From positions 64,001-128,000 of the forward strand of contig JBHLPH010000003.1 of assembly GCA_048939625.1 (NCBI GenBank): DNA of 64,000 nt, written 5' to 3'. Position 1 is the stretch's first letter; each line of letters begins with the position of its first letter. The notes under the pieces are model-generated. The model was not told where the DNA came from, did no database searches, and saw only the letters and a program-made list of their open reading frames with translations. The DNA comes from Promethearchaeota archaeon. GTDB lineage: Archaea; Asgardarchaeota; Hermodarchaeia; Hermodarchaeales; Hermodarchaeaceae. Shown one piece after another: positions 47,652 to 57,568 of the stretch. The position numbers and the translations under genes are program-made.

Positions 47652-48311
47652 TTAGTCCTCCTCCTGAAGGATTTCTCGGTGTAAAGTAATAAGCCCATCT
47701 CGAATAATTGCATATCGCTGTGAAGATGCCTGAAGATATTCATAAAGAGTAGAATAGTCTGATCGGATCCTGAGAGTGGTTTTTGTTTCCAGTTCATCTA
47801 TGGGAACCAAGGACCGACGATTTATGGACCGGCGTAATGCAATCGCAACGCGATACCCGTCTTCGCGACTCCGTGCTTTCTGCGCCTTTTCCGAAAGCAG
47901 ATTTCGAATGTCTTGAAGCCGTGCACTCATCTGGGTTGGATCATCAACGATTACAAGACAGGCTGCTTGCAAAAAGAGTGTCCCAATCATTTCCTTTTCC
48001 CACCAAGTTAATCGTGCTTTTTGGTTCATCAGACTTAATGCCACTTCTAAACATCGATAGCTAGTTACGAGATTGTGGTCTAAGTAGAATAGGTCACTGG
48101 CTTCTAACAAGATTCCAGCGGCTCGGGTCAGTTGGTGTTTGCGCCAATAGTATTCCGCACTGACAAGAACAATGAGCAGGGCGTCTTTGTAACGTTTGGT
48201 TCTCCGAAGTTTTTTCGCTTCTTGAAGATACTGACCCAGCTTTGTTTTTGCAACTTCAGATTCTGGTGAGGTCATGAGACCGGTTAAGCGTAATTCAGCC
48301 TCTGTTTCCAT
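47652..48311 (-). CDS. Alpha-helical repeat (TPR/SNAP-like) hypothetical protein
   Basis: 219-aa helical ORF 2 nt upstream of the thrC-like start. Confidence 0.6.
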   Translation of the reverse strand: METEAELRLTGLMTSPESEVAKTKLGQYLQEAKKLRRTKRYKDALLIVLVSAEYYWRKHQLTRAAGILLEASDLFYLDHNLVTSYRCLEVALSLMNQKARLTWWEKEMIGTLFLQAACLVIVDDPTQMSARLQDIRNLLSEKAQKARSREDGYRVAIALRRSINRRSLVPIDELETKTTLRIRSDYSTLYEYLQASSQRYAIIRDGLITLHREILQEED

Positions 48312-48529
48312 TGACCGGTCCTGATTTTGTATCTCTTTATAGAGACCACGCCAGATGTTTTGCAGATTAACACCTCGTACGAGAATGGTAAAACCCTGAG
48401 CATCAGTCCTTAGTTAATAGGATAGAAAAAGATTCGGTGACCTCAGAAACTGCAACAATTCTGTTGTTCCTTTGTCTGATTTAGCAAAGTTTATGTTGGC
48501 TTATTCTTTGGTTCAGTTGGTGGCAACAC

Positions 48530-51500
48530 GTGGTTTCCAAGCGGTCAGTAGTAGCAGCTATTTCCGCAGTTATTATCATAATGCTAATTCTAAGTTTTTT
48601 GATGCCACTTATTTTTCTGCCTCCAATTCCCCGTCAACGACCTTACGATGATGTCGAAGATTGGGGAACAGGTGTCACTGTTGAAGGGGGAGACGATACC
48701 TTCCTTGACAATATTACAATTGATGACGTCACCTTAGATTTGAATTGGTCATTTGACCCTTCATTTGTCGTAGCCATAATCTCTCCTGCAGAGCCCCCAA
48801 GGTATTGGCGAAACACCGCCTATGACCGGTATATTGGAACCGATTGGCAAAAGAGTTCTAATACAACTACTCCTCTTGCTGGTGTAAATCCTGGAAGTGA
48901 AATCGTTTATACAGTGACACAAAATATCACCAACCAAGGCTTCAGTGGAACTTTTCCTCTTCTAACATTATGGCCAGACCCCATGATTATTAATAACTCC
49001 CTTCAGTTCCCGTATCTATCAAATCCAACCTCATATAACTTTGAAATTGATGATTTCGGCACTGCTTTCTTCAATGGTTTCTTTAGTCAAAATGGGACAG
49101 CAACCCTTCAGTATGATGTTACGTACATTCCCCGTAATTGGACTCTAATCCGTCCCCAGTCTCTATCTGCAAGTTCAACCCCTGGACCAATTCTTGCTCA
49201 ATATCAACAGCAGGGACTCAACTTCATGAATCCAGCTACACGAGCTTCATTGCAAACCCAACTCGCAACCATTCTAGCGGGTGTGCCAAATACCGCCTTT
49301 GAGCAAGCTTTCGCCATCCAGAATTATTTCAAAACTAACTTCGTATTTGACCCCTTCACCCCACGACCAGGTCCAAACGATGAACATGTCGAATGGTTTC
49401 TACAAGAAGGAGGAGGAATTGGTCTTGATTTTGCCACCTCCTATACGATGTTTCTCCGCGAAGCAGGGATTGCTGCTCGACCAGTCTTTGGAGCAATCCT
49501 TGGCGAGGATCAGGGAACTCAAAGAGTTCTTCACCTAATGCATATACACTTCTGGGTTGAGGTGTATATTCCCACAGCGACACAGGATTATTGGATTCAA
49601 TTTGATCCAACTCCCTTGCCTAGCTTCATTACCGATGGTAGTCCTCCTCCTACTCCCTCTGACAAGTCACCAAGTCCTGTTTTACCCGATGAAGACCCGT
49701 GGGTGGTCAGTACATACTATAACCTCACCCTTGACGCTTCTCCAATCGTTGTTAACAGGCTTGAGCAATTCACAATCACTGCAACCCTAACTCAAGATGG
49801 AGCCCCACAATCAGGAGAAACGATTTCCTTCTATGATGAAACGGAACAGTGGTTTTTGGGCAGTAATATTACTTCGGCTTTGGGTGAAGCTAGTATTACC
49901 TTTAACTATAACAACTCAGCCATTGTTGGCGCCCACCTATTACGAGCTGAGTTTAGTGCATTAAATGCATTCAATGCAGTCGGACTCCATGGTCCAGCGA
50001 ATCTGTCCATCTCGATGACCCCCGTAGAGGCGAATCGAAGTAGCGTAGTGCAAATTAGTGGTTATTTGCGGGATGTCATCAATGGGCGGGGAATTTCTGA
50101 AAATGAAACAGGATTTACAGGAGTCAGTATCGCCTTCAACTCAATTTTGGCTACAGAACCCCTTACAGACAGTGTGGGATATTACACGGTGAACTATCCT
50201 ATTCCCTTATCTCAAGCTCCTCTCGGTTCGACATCTGTCCAAGCGACTTTTACGCTTCCAGGTATCATCGATCCGATTGTTAGTTCCATTGAGATATTGA
50301 ACGTAACTGCAACTTCTCAGCTTTCTGTTCAAGCGGTTCCGAACTCAATACGATTGCACAGCAATACGACCCTTCAGGGATATTTGCAGTATGATAATGG
50401 CACGGGTATTGCTAGTCAAACGATCCAGTTGTATTGGAATGGTACACCAATTGGGGTGGCAAGTACTGACAGTGTTGGTTACTATTTCATGGAGTATAAT
50501 GCAACAACGATTGGACAAGTTACCATTGAGGCTGAATTTTCAGGTGCACAGTATGTATATGGCACAAGAGCTTCAAATAATGCCTTAGTTCACGAAGAAG
50601 GCACAATAGTTGTATTTGTAGACGATGATGATGGTGATGATTTAACGCAACGAGGGAACACCATATACTTCTCAGGTTGGGTAGAAGACCAAAATGGGAC
50701 CCGGCAAGGAGGAGTAACGGTCCTTATCCTTCTAAATGGAACCCAAGTTGCATCCACGATGACATTTCCTAATGGATCGTTTTTTGTTAGCTATCAGATT
50801 ACGGCCACGCAACCAATTGGTATTCGAGAAGCCACAGGCAATATTGTACATCCAACTCTAGTGGTGATTTCGAGTTACGATTATTTCACGATTAATTCAT
50901 CAACCCAAATACAGAATCTTATGATTGATTTTTCTCCAGTTCTACTAGGAGAAACTGTAACATTAACAGGTCAACTAATTGACGATCAAGGAGTAGGAAT
51001 TTCAGGACAGCCCCTCGACATTGACATTTCATATCTAGCTATCTCGGTTTCCGTCGGAACCATTTTGACTCAAACAGGTGGTTCTTTTTCGTTGACTTTG
51101 GCAATTCCTACAAGTGTACCTACAAGTGTTTCGACTCTCTCCTTTGATGTCTCATATGCAGGAGCCCTCTATTATGGAACTAGTTCCGATTCTGAACTCC
51201 TTGATGTGTTTTCAAATGCGACTTTAGTGATTGATGTACCACCTGGACCCTTTGCGTGGAATACAAGCATTGTGGTTAATGGAACCCTTGTTGATAACTT
51301 TGGACGGGCAGTCCCTAACCGAGATGTTTGGCTTCTCGTTAATGGAACAAGTAGCATTTCCACTGCATCAAACCAAATGGGTCATGTGGGTTTTGTGCTG
51401 AGATTCGCGCCTTTAGGAATCAACGATATTTCCTATACACTTCAGCTTCGACACGAAACGATAATTACCTTTAACTCATCTGTAAGAAACATAATTGTGG

Positions 51501-52033
51501 AGGCCCAACAACCCATGCAACCACCACCAGTACTACCTATCCCCATTGAATGGATCATTGCACTAGTTGTAGTCATAGCCTTTGTAGTAGTAGCCATCCT
51601 TGGTTATCGCTACTGGAAACGCCGTCCGCGAAGATCAGCTGCACCCTCGATTGATGCAGCTGCGATGCTGACTTCACTCCGCCAACTGTTAACCGATAAG
51701 AAATACCGTGAAGCAATAATCTATGCATTCCGTATGTTTGAGACAATCATCCAGGCCCAGCTCGGCATATACCGGGACCCCAGCATTACTGTGCGCGAGT
51801 TTGCCAACCTGACTATTGCCCACGGTCGCTTAGATTCACGAACCATGGGAGTTTTTATTCGAGGTGTCGAGGAAGCCCGATATAGCGATCATCCCATTAG
51901 TTACAATCTTGCTCTCCAAACATTAAGCGCCTTTGCCAGTTTGTACAACTCCTTAACCGGAGGCAATTTGCGGTTTGTCACGCAAGAACAACAGCAACCT
52001 GAATCAGATGCCCAACCAACCGAAAGCGGCTGA
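48530..52033 (+). CDS. Large surface glycoprotein: transglutaminase-like domain, Ig-like repeats, TM, DUF4129-like C-terminus
   Basis: YWRNTAYDRY, LREAGIAARPVFG, HFWVEVY, WIQFDPT; repeated G.L.D..G beta motifs; many NxS/T; TVREF and EEARYS. Confidence 0.85.
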   Translation: MVSKRSVVAAISAVIIIMLILSFLMPLIFLPPIPRQRPYDDVEDWGTGVTVEGGDDTFLDNITIDDVTLDLNWSFDPSFVVAIISPAEPPRYWRNTAYDRYIGTDWQKSSNTTTPLAGVNPGSEIVYTVTQNITNQGFSGTFPLLTLWPDPMIINNSLQFPYLSNPTSYNFEIDDFGTAFFNGFFSQNGTATLQYDVTYIPRNWTLIRPQSLSASSTPGPILAQYQQQGLNFMNPATRASLQTQLATILAGVPNTAFEQAFAIQNYFKTNFVFDPFTPRPGPNDEHVEWFLQEGGGIGLDFATSYTMFLREAGIAARPVFGAILGEDQGTQRVLHLMHIHFWVEVYIPTATQDYWIQFDPTPLPSFITDGSPPPTPSDKSPSPVLPDEDPWVVSTYYNLTLDASPIVVNRLEQFTITATLTQDGAPQSGETISFYDETEQWFLGSNITSALGEASITFNYNNSAIVGAHLLRAEFSALNAFNAVGLHGPANLSISMTPVEANRSSVVQISGYLRDVINGRGISENETGFTGVSIAFNSILATEPLTDSVGYYTVNYPIPLSQAPLGSTSVQATFTLPGIIDPIVSSIEILNVTATSQLSVQAVPNSIRLHSNTTLQGYLQYDNGTGIASQTIQLYWNGTPIGVASTDSVGYYFMEYNATTIGQVTIEAEFSGAQYVYGTRASNNALVHEEGTIVVFVDDDDGDDLTQRGNTIYFSGWVEDQNGTRQGGVTVLILLNGTQVASTMTFPNGSFFVSYQITATQPIGIREATGNIVHPTLVVISSYDYFTINSSTQIQNLMIDFSPVLLGETVTLTGQLIDDQGVGISGQPLDIDISYLAISVSVGTILTQTGGSFSLTLAIPTSVPTSVSTLSFDVSYAGALYYGTSSDSELLDVFSNATLVIDVPPGPFAWNTSIVVNGTLVDNFGRAVPNRDVWLLVNGTSSISTASNQMGHVGFVLRFAPLGINDISYTLQLRHETIITFNSSVRNIIVEAQQPMQPPPVLPIPIEWIIALVVVIAFVVVAILGYRYWKRRPRRSAAPSIDAAAMLTSLRQLLTDKKYREAIIYAFRMFETIIQAQLGIYRDPSITVREFANLTIAHGRLDSRTMGVFIRGVEEARYSDHPISYNLALQTLSAFASLYNSLTGGNLRFVTQEQQQPESDAQPTESG

Positions 52034-53429
52034 AGCGAAAAAACGAAGCAAGTTTTTCACTCTCTTTGTTTTCTGCTTCGTATTCGCCATAGCCTGGCTA
52101 CCTATTATTCTCAGTATTAGCGGTGTGGGTGGAATCGATAATCTCGCCTTTTCCATTTACAATACTAGCCCAGTCCTAGGTGATGGATGCTCAGAGCTAT
52201 CATTGGAATTAGAAAATAATGGTTTTGAAGTTAGTCCACTAATTAGTTCATTGAGTGTGGTAAACGGTATTCCAGGTAATCATGTTCTCTGTATCATAGG
52301 CCCCACCCATTACTTTTCAATCGTCGAAATATCAGCGCTTCTAGATTTCTTCTTAGATGGGGGTAGTTTGCTGTTAGTAGATGATTTTGGGTCCGCAAAT
52401 ACCTTGTTAGATGGACTTGCGCTTTATCTCTCAGAGTTTGGTTGGCCGACCCGGATGGAGAATCTAATGAGGGTCTCCGCGATTCGATTCACGCGAAATT
52501 TACTGCTTGATGCGGGTAGTAATGATGGAGGACGTCCACTATTACCTGCAATTAATTCCTTCAATGATGGGGGACTTATCTTCTCGTCTGGACATCATGT
52601 TGTCATGAATTATGCTACAACAATTGAAGTACCAGGGGGGACTGGCCTAGCAATGACTTCAACCAATTCTTGGAGCGTTGCAGGCGATGTCTTAAGCCAC
52701 ATCCAACAAGGAGGAGATCCCAATTACATTATCTATAATGCAAGTCGCGGAGACCAAATTGGTCCTTTCCCCGTAATGGTGGAGATTCAGATACCAAATG
52801 GAACCCTTATGTTGCTCAGTGATCCAAGTATTTTCATTAACAATATGATTGATCGGGGGACCAACCGACAATTCGCTGTGGAACTCTTTAGGTATCTGGC
52901 TAACAAGGGGAATACGAATTCAATCATTATTGATCATAATCATCTGGGTTGGTCACCCCAGTCACCTGTTCTGTATGTGGGTCTGATGCTGGGCCAAATC
53001 ACTTATGTATCCACAAATTGGCTCCTTGCACCTTTGGCACCACTTCTTGCGATTTGGATGGTGCGACGCTACTTGCCCTATGGTCGACCTGAGAAACAAA
53101 AGCCGATGGAGCTGTATCGGTTGAAAGGGCAAACCATGTTTACAAAATCGCTTTACGATTACATCAACAATCATCGCTATAATGATGCATTGGAGATAAT
53201 ATACGGTCAATTAAAGCGCGATTTACGCCGACGTTACGGGTTACGAATTTTCGATGTACCACGATTATTAGTAACCGTTTCACGAACCCGCCAACCAGGT
53301 GATATTGCGCTATTAACAAGCGACTTTGAAGCGATAGAAAAGGCAATTCAAGAATCAAAAAAGATGAACCGAGAAGCATTTCTGGACCTTTTCTTTAAAA
53401 TTGAACGAATTCGAGATAATATCGGGTGA
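51975..53429 (+). CDS. DUF4350-like membrane-anchored protein
   Basis: FSIYN, GGSLLLVDDFG, LSDPSIFINNM; MoxR operon context. Confidence 0.75.
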   Translation: MSRKNNSNLNQMPNQPKAAEAKKRSKFFTLFVFCFVFAIAWLPIILSISGVGGIDNLAFSIYNTSPVLGDGCSELSLELENNGFEVSPLISSLSVVNGIPGNHVLCIIGPTHYFSIVEISALLDFFLDGGSLLLVDDFGSANTLLDGLALYLSEFGWPTRMENLMRVSAIRFTRNLLLDAGSNDGGRPLLPAINSFNDGGLIFSSGHHVVMNYATTIEVPGGTGLAMTSTNSWSVAGDVLSHIQQGGDPNYIIYNASRGDQIGPFPVMVEIQIPNGTLMLLSDPSIFINNMIDRGTNRQFAVELFRYLANKGNTNSIIIDHNHLGWSPQSPVLYVGLMLGQITYVSTNWLLAPLAPLLAIWMVRRYLPYGRPEKQKPMELYRLKGQTMFTKSLYDYINNHRYNDALEIIYGQLKRDLRRRYGLRIFDVPRLLVTVSRTRQPGDIALLTSDFEAIEKAIQESKKMNREAFLDLFFKIERIRDNIG

Positions 53430-54407
53430 ATGAAAATGAGCCGAAGACGTCAAAGCAGAGATGGCATGTCCATTGCTGAATTTAGAAAAAACGCTGCTAC
53501 AATTCTTGATGAAGTTGGTAAAGTCATTGTAGGAAAACGTAACATCCTCCAAGACATACTGATAGGACTCCTCGCAAAGGGCCACATACTTCTCGAAGGG
53601 GTCCCAGGCATCGCCAAGACTTACATGGCGAACGCCTTCGCCCAAGCCATCGGATGCGATTTCAAACGCATTCAATTTACTCCAGACATGCTTCCCGCAG
53701 ACATTGTAGGGACAAATATCTACGACCCAAACACCGGAGAATTCCGCTTACGCAAAGGTCCAGTATTTTCAAATCTAGTCCTAGCCGATGAAGTTAACCG
53801 ATCACCACCCAAAACTCAATCAGCGTTACTCGAAGCAATGCAAGAAGTTCAGGTAACTATCGAAGGTTCGACCTTACCGCTTCCCCAGCCTTTCATGGTT
53901 CTTGCGACTCAGAACCCCATTGAACTGGAGGGCACATATCCTCTTCCTGAAGCACAGGTGGATCGATTCTTGTTTAAATTACATGTTGATTATCCATCGG
54001 ATGCAGAGGAAGTAGAGATTCTCCGAAGGAAACACCAACCTGAAGAGGTGGAATTGGAACCTGTCGTTGATCCTCCAATATTGATTCAGATGCAGGAAAC
54101 GACCAAACGTGTATTCGTGGAACCCTATATTATGTCCTATATTCGAGACATTGTCGTTCGAACCCGAAATGATCCCCAGATTTTAATTGGGGGATCTCCA
54201 CGAGCTTCGATTGTGTTATTGGACACTTCGAAAGTCCATGCAGCGCTGAGTGGCAGGGACTATGTTACACCTGATGATGTGAAAGCTTTAGCTCAGCATG
54301 CGCTAAATCATCGATTAATTCTCAAACCCGAATCAGAACTAGAAGGGACTTCGGTGCATGCTGTTATTGATCGAATTCTGAAGCAAATCAGTGCACCGGG
54401 AGCGTAA
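53430..54407 (+). CDS. moxR: MoxR family AAA+ ATPase
   Basis: GVPGIAKT, RIQFTPDMLPAD, ADEVNR, ATQNP, YPLPEAQVDRF, SPRA. Confidence 0.96.
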   Translation: MKMSRRRQSRDGMSIAEFRKNAATILDEVGKVIVGKRNILQDILIGLLAKGHILLEGVPGIAKTYMANAFAQAIGCDFKRIQFTPDMLPADIVGTNIYDPNTGEFRLRKGPVFSNLVLADEVNRSPPKTQSALLEAMQEVQVTIEGSTLPLPQPFMVLATQNPIELEGTYPLPEAQVDRFLFKLHVDYPSDAEEVEILRRKHQPEEVELEPVVDPPILIQMQETTKRVFVEPYIMSYIRDIVVRTRNDPQILIGGSPRASIVLLDTSKVHAALSGRDYVTPDDVKALAQHALNHRLILKPESELEGTSVHAVIDRILKQISAPGA

Positions 54408-54413
54408 ATTTTT

Positions 54414-55736
54414 GTGTTCTCTGAACGTGGACGAACTGTCCTCCTCATAGGAATCTTCATCCTCGTATCAGGGTTCGCTTTCATCAATTATGTTCTCGTT
54501 CTTGCAGGTATTTTCCTCATAATTGGCTCAGTTGCTAGCTCCCCCTATTTTCAACTGACTATGCCGGTTGAAACCTTAGAGGTGACGCGAGAAATTGATA
54601 AACGGAAAATTTTCCAAGATGACTTCGTTCACATAAAACTCACTATCAAGAATACAGGATCGCATCGAATCGATTCAGTGGATATCTTTGATGTTTACCC
54701 TGAAATTTTCCGGTTGGTCTTGGGAAAGAATCGTATTCGCACTCGTATCGATCCAAATCAAGTGGTTAAGTTTTCTTATATTCTTCAAGCACCATTACGA
54801 GGTAAATTTACCTTTGGACCTACAAAATTCCAAATATATGACCGGTTGGAATATCGGTTTGAGGAGATGTCTGGAGAAAACTTTGAAGAGTTGCTGATAT
54901 ACCCGAATGTTGAAGAAGTTCGGATAATGGAAAGTCTTGCAAAGAAGCGAAGATTAGGTCATATGTTTGGGATACACAAAACCCGGCAGATGAGTTTAGG
55001 CACAGATTTTACTGGTATTCGAAAGTATGAGATAGGTGATGAATATCGCCGTATTGATTGGAAATCCTCAGCCCGTTTGCAAAAACTCATGATGCGCCAG
55101 TATGAAACTGAGCGCAATATTCGCATGTTTATTCTTCTTGATACCGGCGCAACGATGGCTGCAGGGCGACCAGAATATAGTAAACTTGAAGCAGCCATTC
55201 GCGCGGCCTTGATGCTTGCCAAAACTGCAATGGAACGAAAAGATCATGTTGGGTTACTAGCATGGTCAACGAAACATCATTCGTTTCTCAAACCCGGTCT
55301 TGGGGATGCACACTACCACCGAATGCTCGATCAACTCGCCGAAATTGAGCCTGGCGGGGAATTTGATCTAACAGCAGCAGTCGAGTATCTGGCTCCACGA
55401 ATTAACCAACAAAGCTTTTTCATCATTATTACAGATCTCGAATCCAATCGAAGACGATTAGAGAAAGGAATCAGACTCATCCGAGGCTACAAACATAACG
55501 CTCTCATTATTCGACCCTTTGGTCCCTGGTTTGAAATCGAAGAGATTTATCTTTCACCGGTAGAACAAGCAATTGGCGAAGCCATCGTTCATAAGCTTCT
55601 CGAAGAACAGTCCCAGATAGCCAAAGGCTTTCAACGAGTGGGCGTTTCAATAATTCCCGTAGGACCGGGTGATTTTCTCCCCACGGTACTCAGCGAGTAT
55701 CTGAAAGCCAAGAAACGGAGTGTTGCGGTGATATAG
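54414..55736 (+). CDS. DUF58/VWA domain protein
   Basis: IRKYEIGDEYRRIDWKSSAR; LDTGATM; ITD. Confidence 0.9.
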   Translation: MFSERGRTVLLIGIFILVSGFAFINYVLVLAGIFLIIGSVASSPYFQLTMPVETLEVTREIDKRKIFQDDFVHIKLTIKNTGSHRIDSVDIFDVYPEIFRLVLGKNRIRTRIDPNQVVKFSYILQAPLRGKFTFGPTKFQIYDRLEYRFEEMSGENFEELLIYPNVEEVRIMESLAKKRRLGHMFGIHKTRQMSLGTDFTGIRKYEIGDEYRRIDWKSSARLQKLMMRQYETERNIRMFILLDTGATMAAGRPEYSKLEAAIRAALMLAKTAMERKDHVGLLAWSTKHHSFLKPGLGDAHYHRMLDQLAEIEPGGEFDLTAAVEYLAPRINQQSFFIIITDLESNRRRLEKGIRLIRGYKHNALIIRPFGPWFEIEEIYLSPVEQAIGEAIVHKLLEEQSQIAKGFQRVGVSIIPVGPGDFLPTVLSEYLKAKKRSVAVI

Positions 55737-55755
55737 AAATGGAGGGAAACAATAC

Positions 55756-57027
55756 ATGACACGGTACATTCTCTGGGCACTCCGAAGTGTCGCTATCGCG
55801 GTATTCGTTGCCTTTGCCGCAATCATCCTTGTAGGTTTAGATCCTTTTGTTTGGCGTGTTACAGGGCCAGCGGGGATTTTCACGTCACTACTAGACTTTG
55901 CCGTTGGACTACGAAATGTCCTGACACTAATGGTGTTTCTTTTTGTGGAAGTGGCTGCCTTTTTGAGTGCCGCTATTGGATCAAGTATTTACCATGTTCC
56001 ACCCGAAAGTCTTTATCAATTCTATCGAGAGAGCATTGTTGCTTATTTCCAAGCCTTTGGCTTCACTCTCTCAACCGTTGTACCCCCAGAACAGCTGATT
56101 TTCTATATTTTCAACTTCCTTCAGAGTTTGTATTTTCTATCATTTTGGTTGTTACTTTTTGTAGCTATTGCCGCAGGGATAATGTCCTTTCTTCGCATCA
56201 GTGGTCGATTAGCTACTCTTTGTTTTGTCACTATGATGGGGTTAGCGATTCTGGGTGCCGCAGGAATTGCCCTAAATATTCCAGGAGGTGAAAATGGTTA
56301 TTTTATGCCCCTTATAAGCACCAATCTTCCTGACCTGAATTTTCTTTTCTTTTTACAATCCCCTGTGTTTCTTGTTGCCCTTATGAGTTTTATTTACCTT
56401 GAGGTCTCCTTCCAAGTCGTGTACTTCTATTCCCTACTTGAGCCACCGACTCTTCGTGAGGAACAATTACGAAGACAACTTAACCAATTACAAACCGATG
56501 CTCAAAGACAAGTTCCCATTCAGACCCAAGATATTCCGGTGCCAAAAGCCTTGCAACGTATGTTAGGATCTGATGCGTTCCGTCTAATGCGTCAAGTCAT
56601 TGAACGGAAACTGCTTCGCCGAGAATGGCTGGTTGAACTCAAGGATGCCCACGAAGTTCGTCGACTCAACACGTTTGTTAATCGCTTATTCCGAGAGGAT
56701 CCTGAAGCAGAATCTACGCTAACGGCACGAGCGTCGATGCCTTCTCTGACACGGATGACTGCGTTATCGATTGGATCATCAGTTGTACGTTTTGTGTTTG
56801 TGATTTTAATTGCGTATATTTGTATTCACCCGGCAATATTTCTCGCTTTTATGAATGCACCGCCAATTATCATCGAATCAGTAGAACTACTATTTTTACC
56901 AGAGAAGACCTTGCTGTTTCTGTTACCCTTGGTACTCCTATTTCCACTTGCTGCAACTATAATTGGGTATATACGACAGCGTCGAGCCCAACCTGCGGAG
57001 CCCATTAGACCGACATTGACACAATAG
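55756..57027 (+). CDS. Multi-pass membrane protein of unknown function (last gene of MoxR operon)
   Basis: About 7-8 TM with a ~110-aa charged loop. Confidence 0.75.
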   Translation: MTRYILWALRSVAIAVFVAFAAIILVGLDPFVWRVTGPAGIFTSLLDFAVGLRNVLTLMVFLFVEVAAFLSAAIGSSIYHVPPESLYQFYRESIVAYFQAFGFTLSTVVPPEQLIFYIFNFLQSLYFLSFWLLLFVAIAAGIMSFLRISGRLATLCFVTMMGLAILGAAGIALNIPGGENGYFMPLISTNLPDLNFLFFLQSPVFLVALMSFIYLEVSFQVVYFYSLLEPPTLREEQLRRQLNQLQTDAQRQVPIQTQDIPVPKALQRMLGSDAFRLMRQVIERKLLRREWLVELKDAHEVRRLNTFVNRLFREDPEAESTLTARASMPSLTRMTALSIGSSVVRFVFVILIAYICIHPAIFLAFMNAPPIIIESVELLFLPEKTLLFLLPLVLLFPLAATIIGYIRQRRAQPAEPIRPTLTQ

Positions 57028-57481
57028 CACGGGATGAAGCACTTTCGGCAAGACTAACTTGAATCTTAGAGATTTTCGGAAAATCAGTTGAAAGATTTTC
57101 CTTCAGTTTTTGACATAAAAGCCGTGCTAGCTCTTCTGCGGTTGTTTCTACAACATCTATAACTCGGACATCTTTGGATGGAAAAGAATAGGTGCCTGTA
57201 GGTGTTGTGACCTGAGTCTGTTGACCTTGCTGGCTGGTTGTAATCAACTGTGATGCTGCAGGTAACAAAATGAAATGATCCCACTGTTTACAGAGGTCTC
57301 CTATCCGCTGTTTTAGGATGCGGAAGTCAATCACCATGCCATATTCATTGAGTTCTCCATGGACTGTGACTGTTACATGATAATTGTGACCATGAAGTTG
57401 TTCACAGGTTCCACCTTCACTCACAAAATGAGCTGCAGCAAAATCGATACCGGAAACCTCTACGGCAGCATGCTTAGACAT
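57005..57481 (-). CDS. queD: 6-carboxytetrahydropterin / 6-pyruvoyl-tetrahydropterin synthase family
   Basis: FAAAHF, CEQLHGHNY, VIDF, TTAEELA. Confidence 0.85.
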   Translation of the reverse strand: MSKHAAVEVSGIDFAAAHFVSEGGTCEQLHGHNYHVTVTVHGELNEYGMVIDFRILKQRIGDLCKQWDHFILLPAASQLITTSQQGQQTQVTTPTGTYSFPSKDVRVIDVVETTAEELARLLCQKLKENLSTDFPKISKIQVSLAESASSRAIVSMSV

Positions 57482-57519
57482 AATAATTACCCACTACTCA
57501 TACGTAACAAGAAGTAGAA

Positions 57520-57566
57520 AAAGAATAGGAAAAAAGAAAGATTGGCGCCCGCCAAAGCGGACGCTT
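57520..57566 (-). terminator. Putative terminator of the thermosome gene
   Basis: GCGTCCGC-TTTG-GCGGGCGC hairpin on the minus strand followed by TCTTTCTTTTTT. Confidence 0.5.
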
Positions 57567-57568
57567 GT

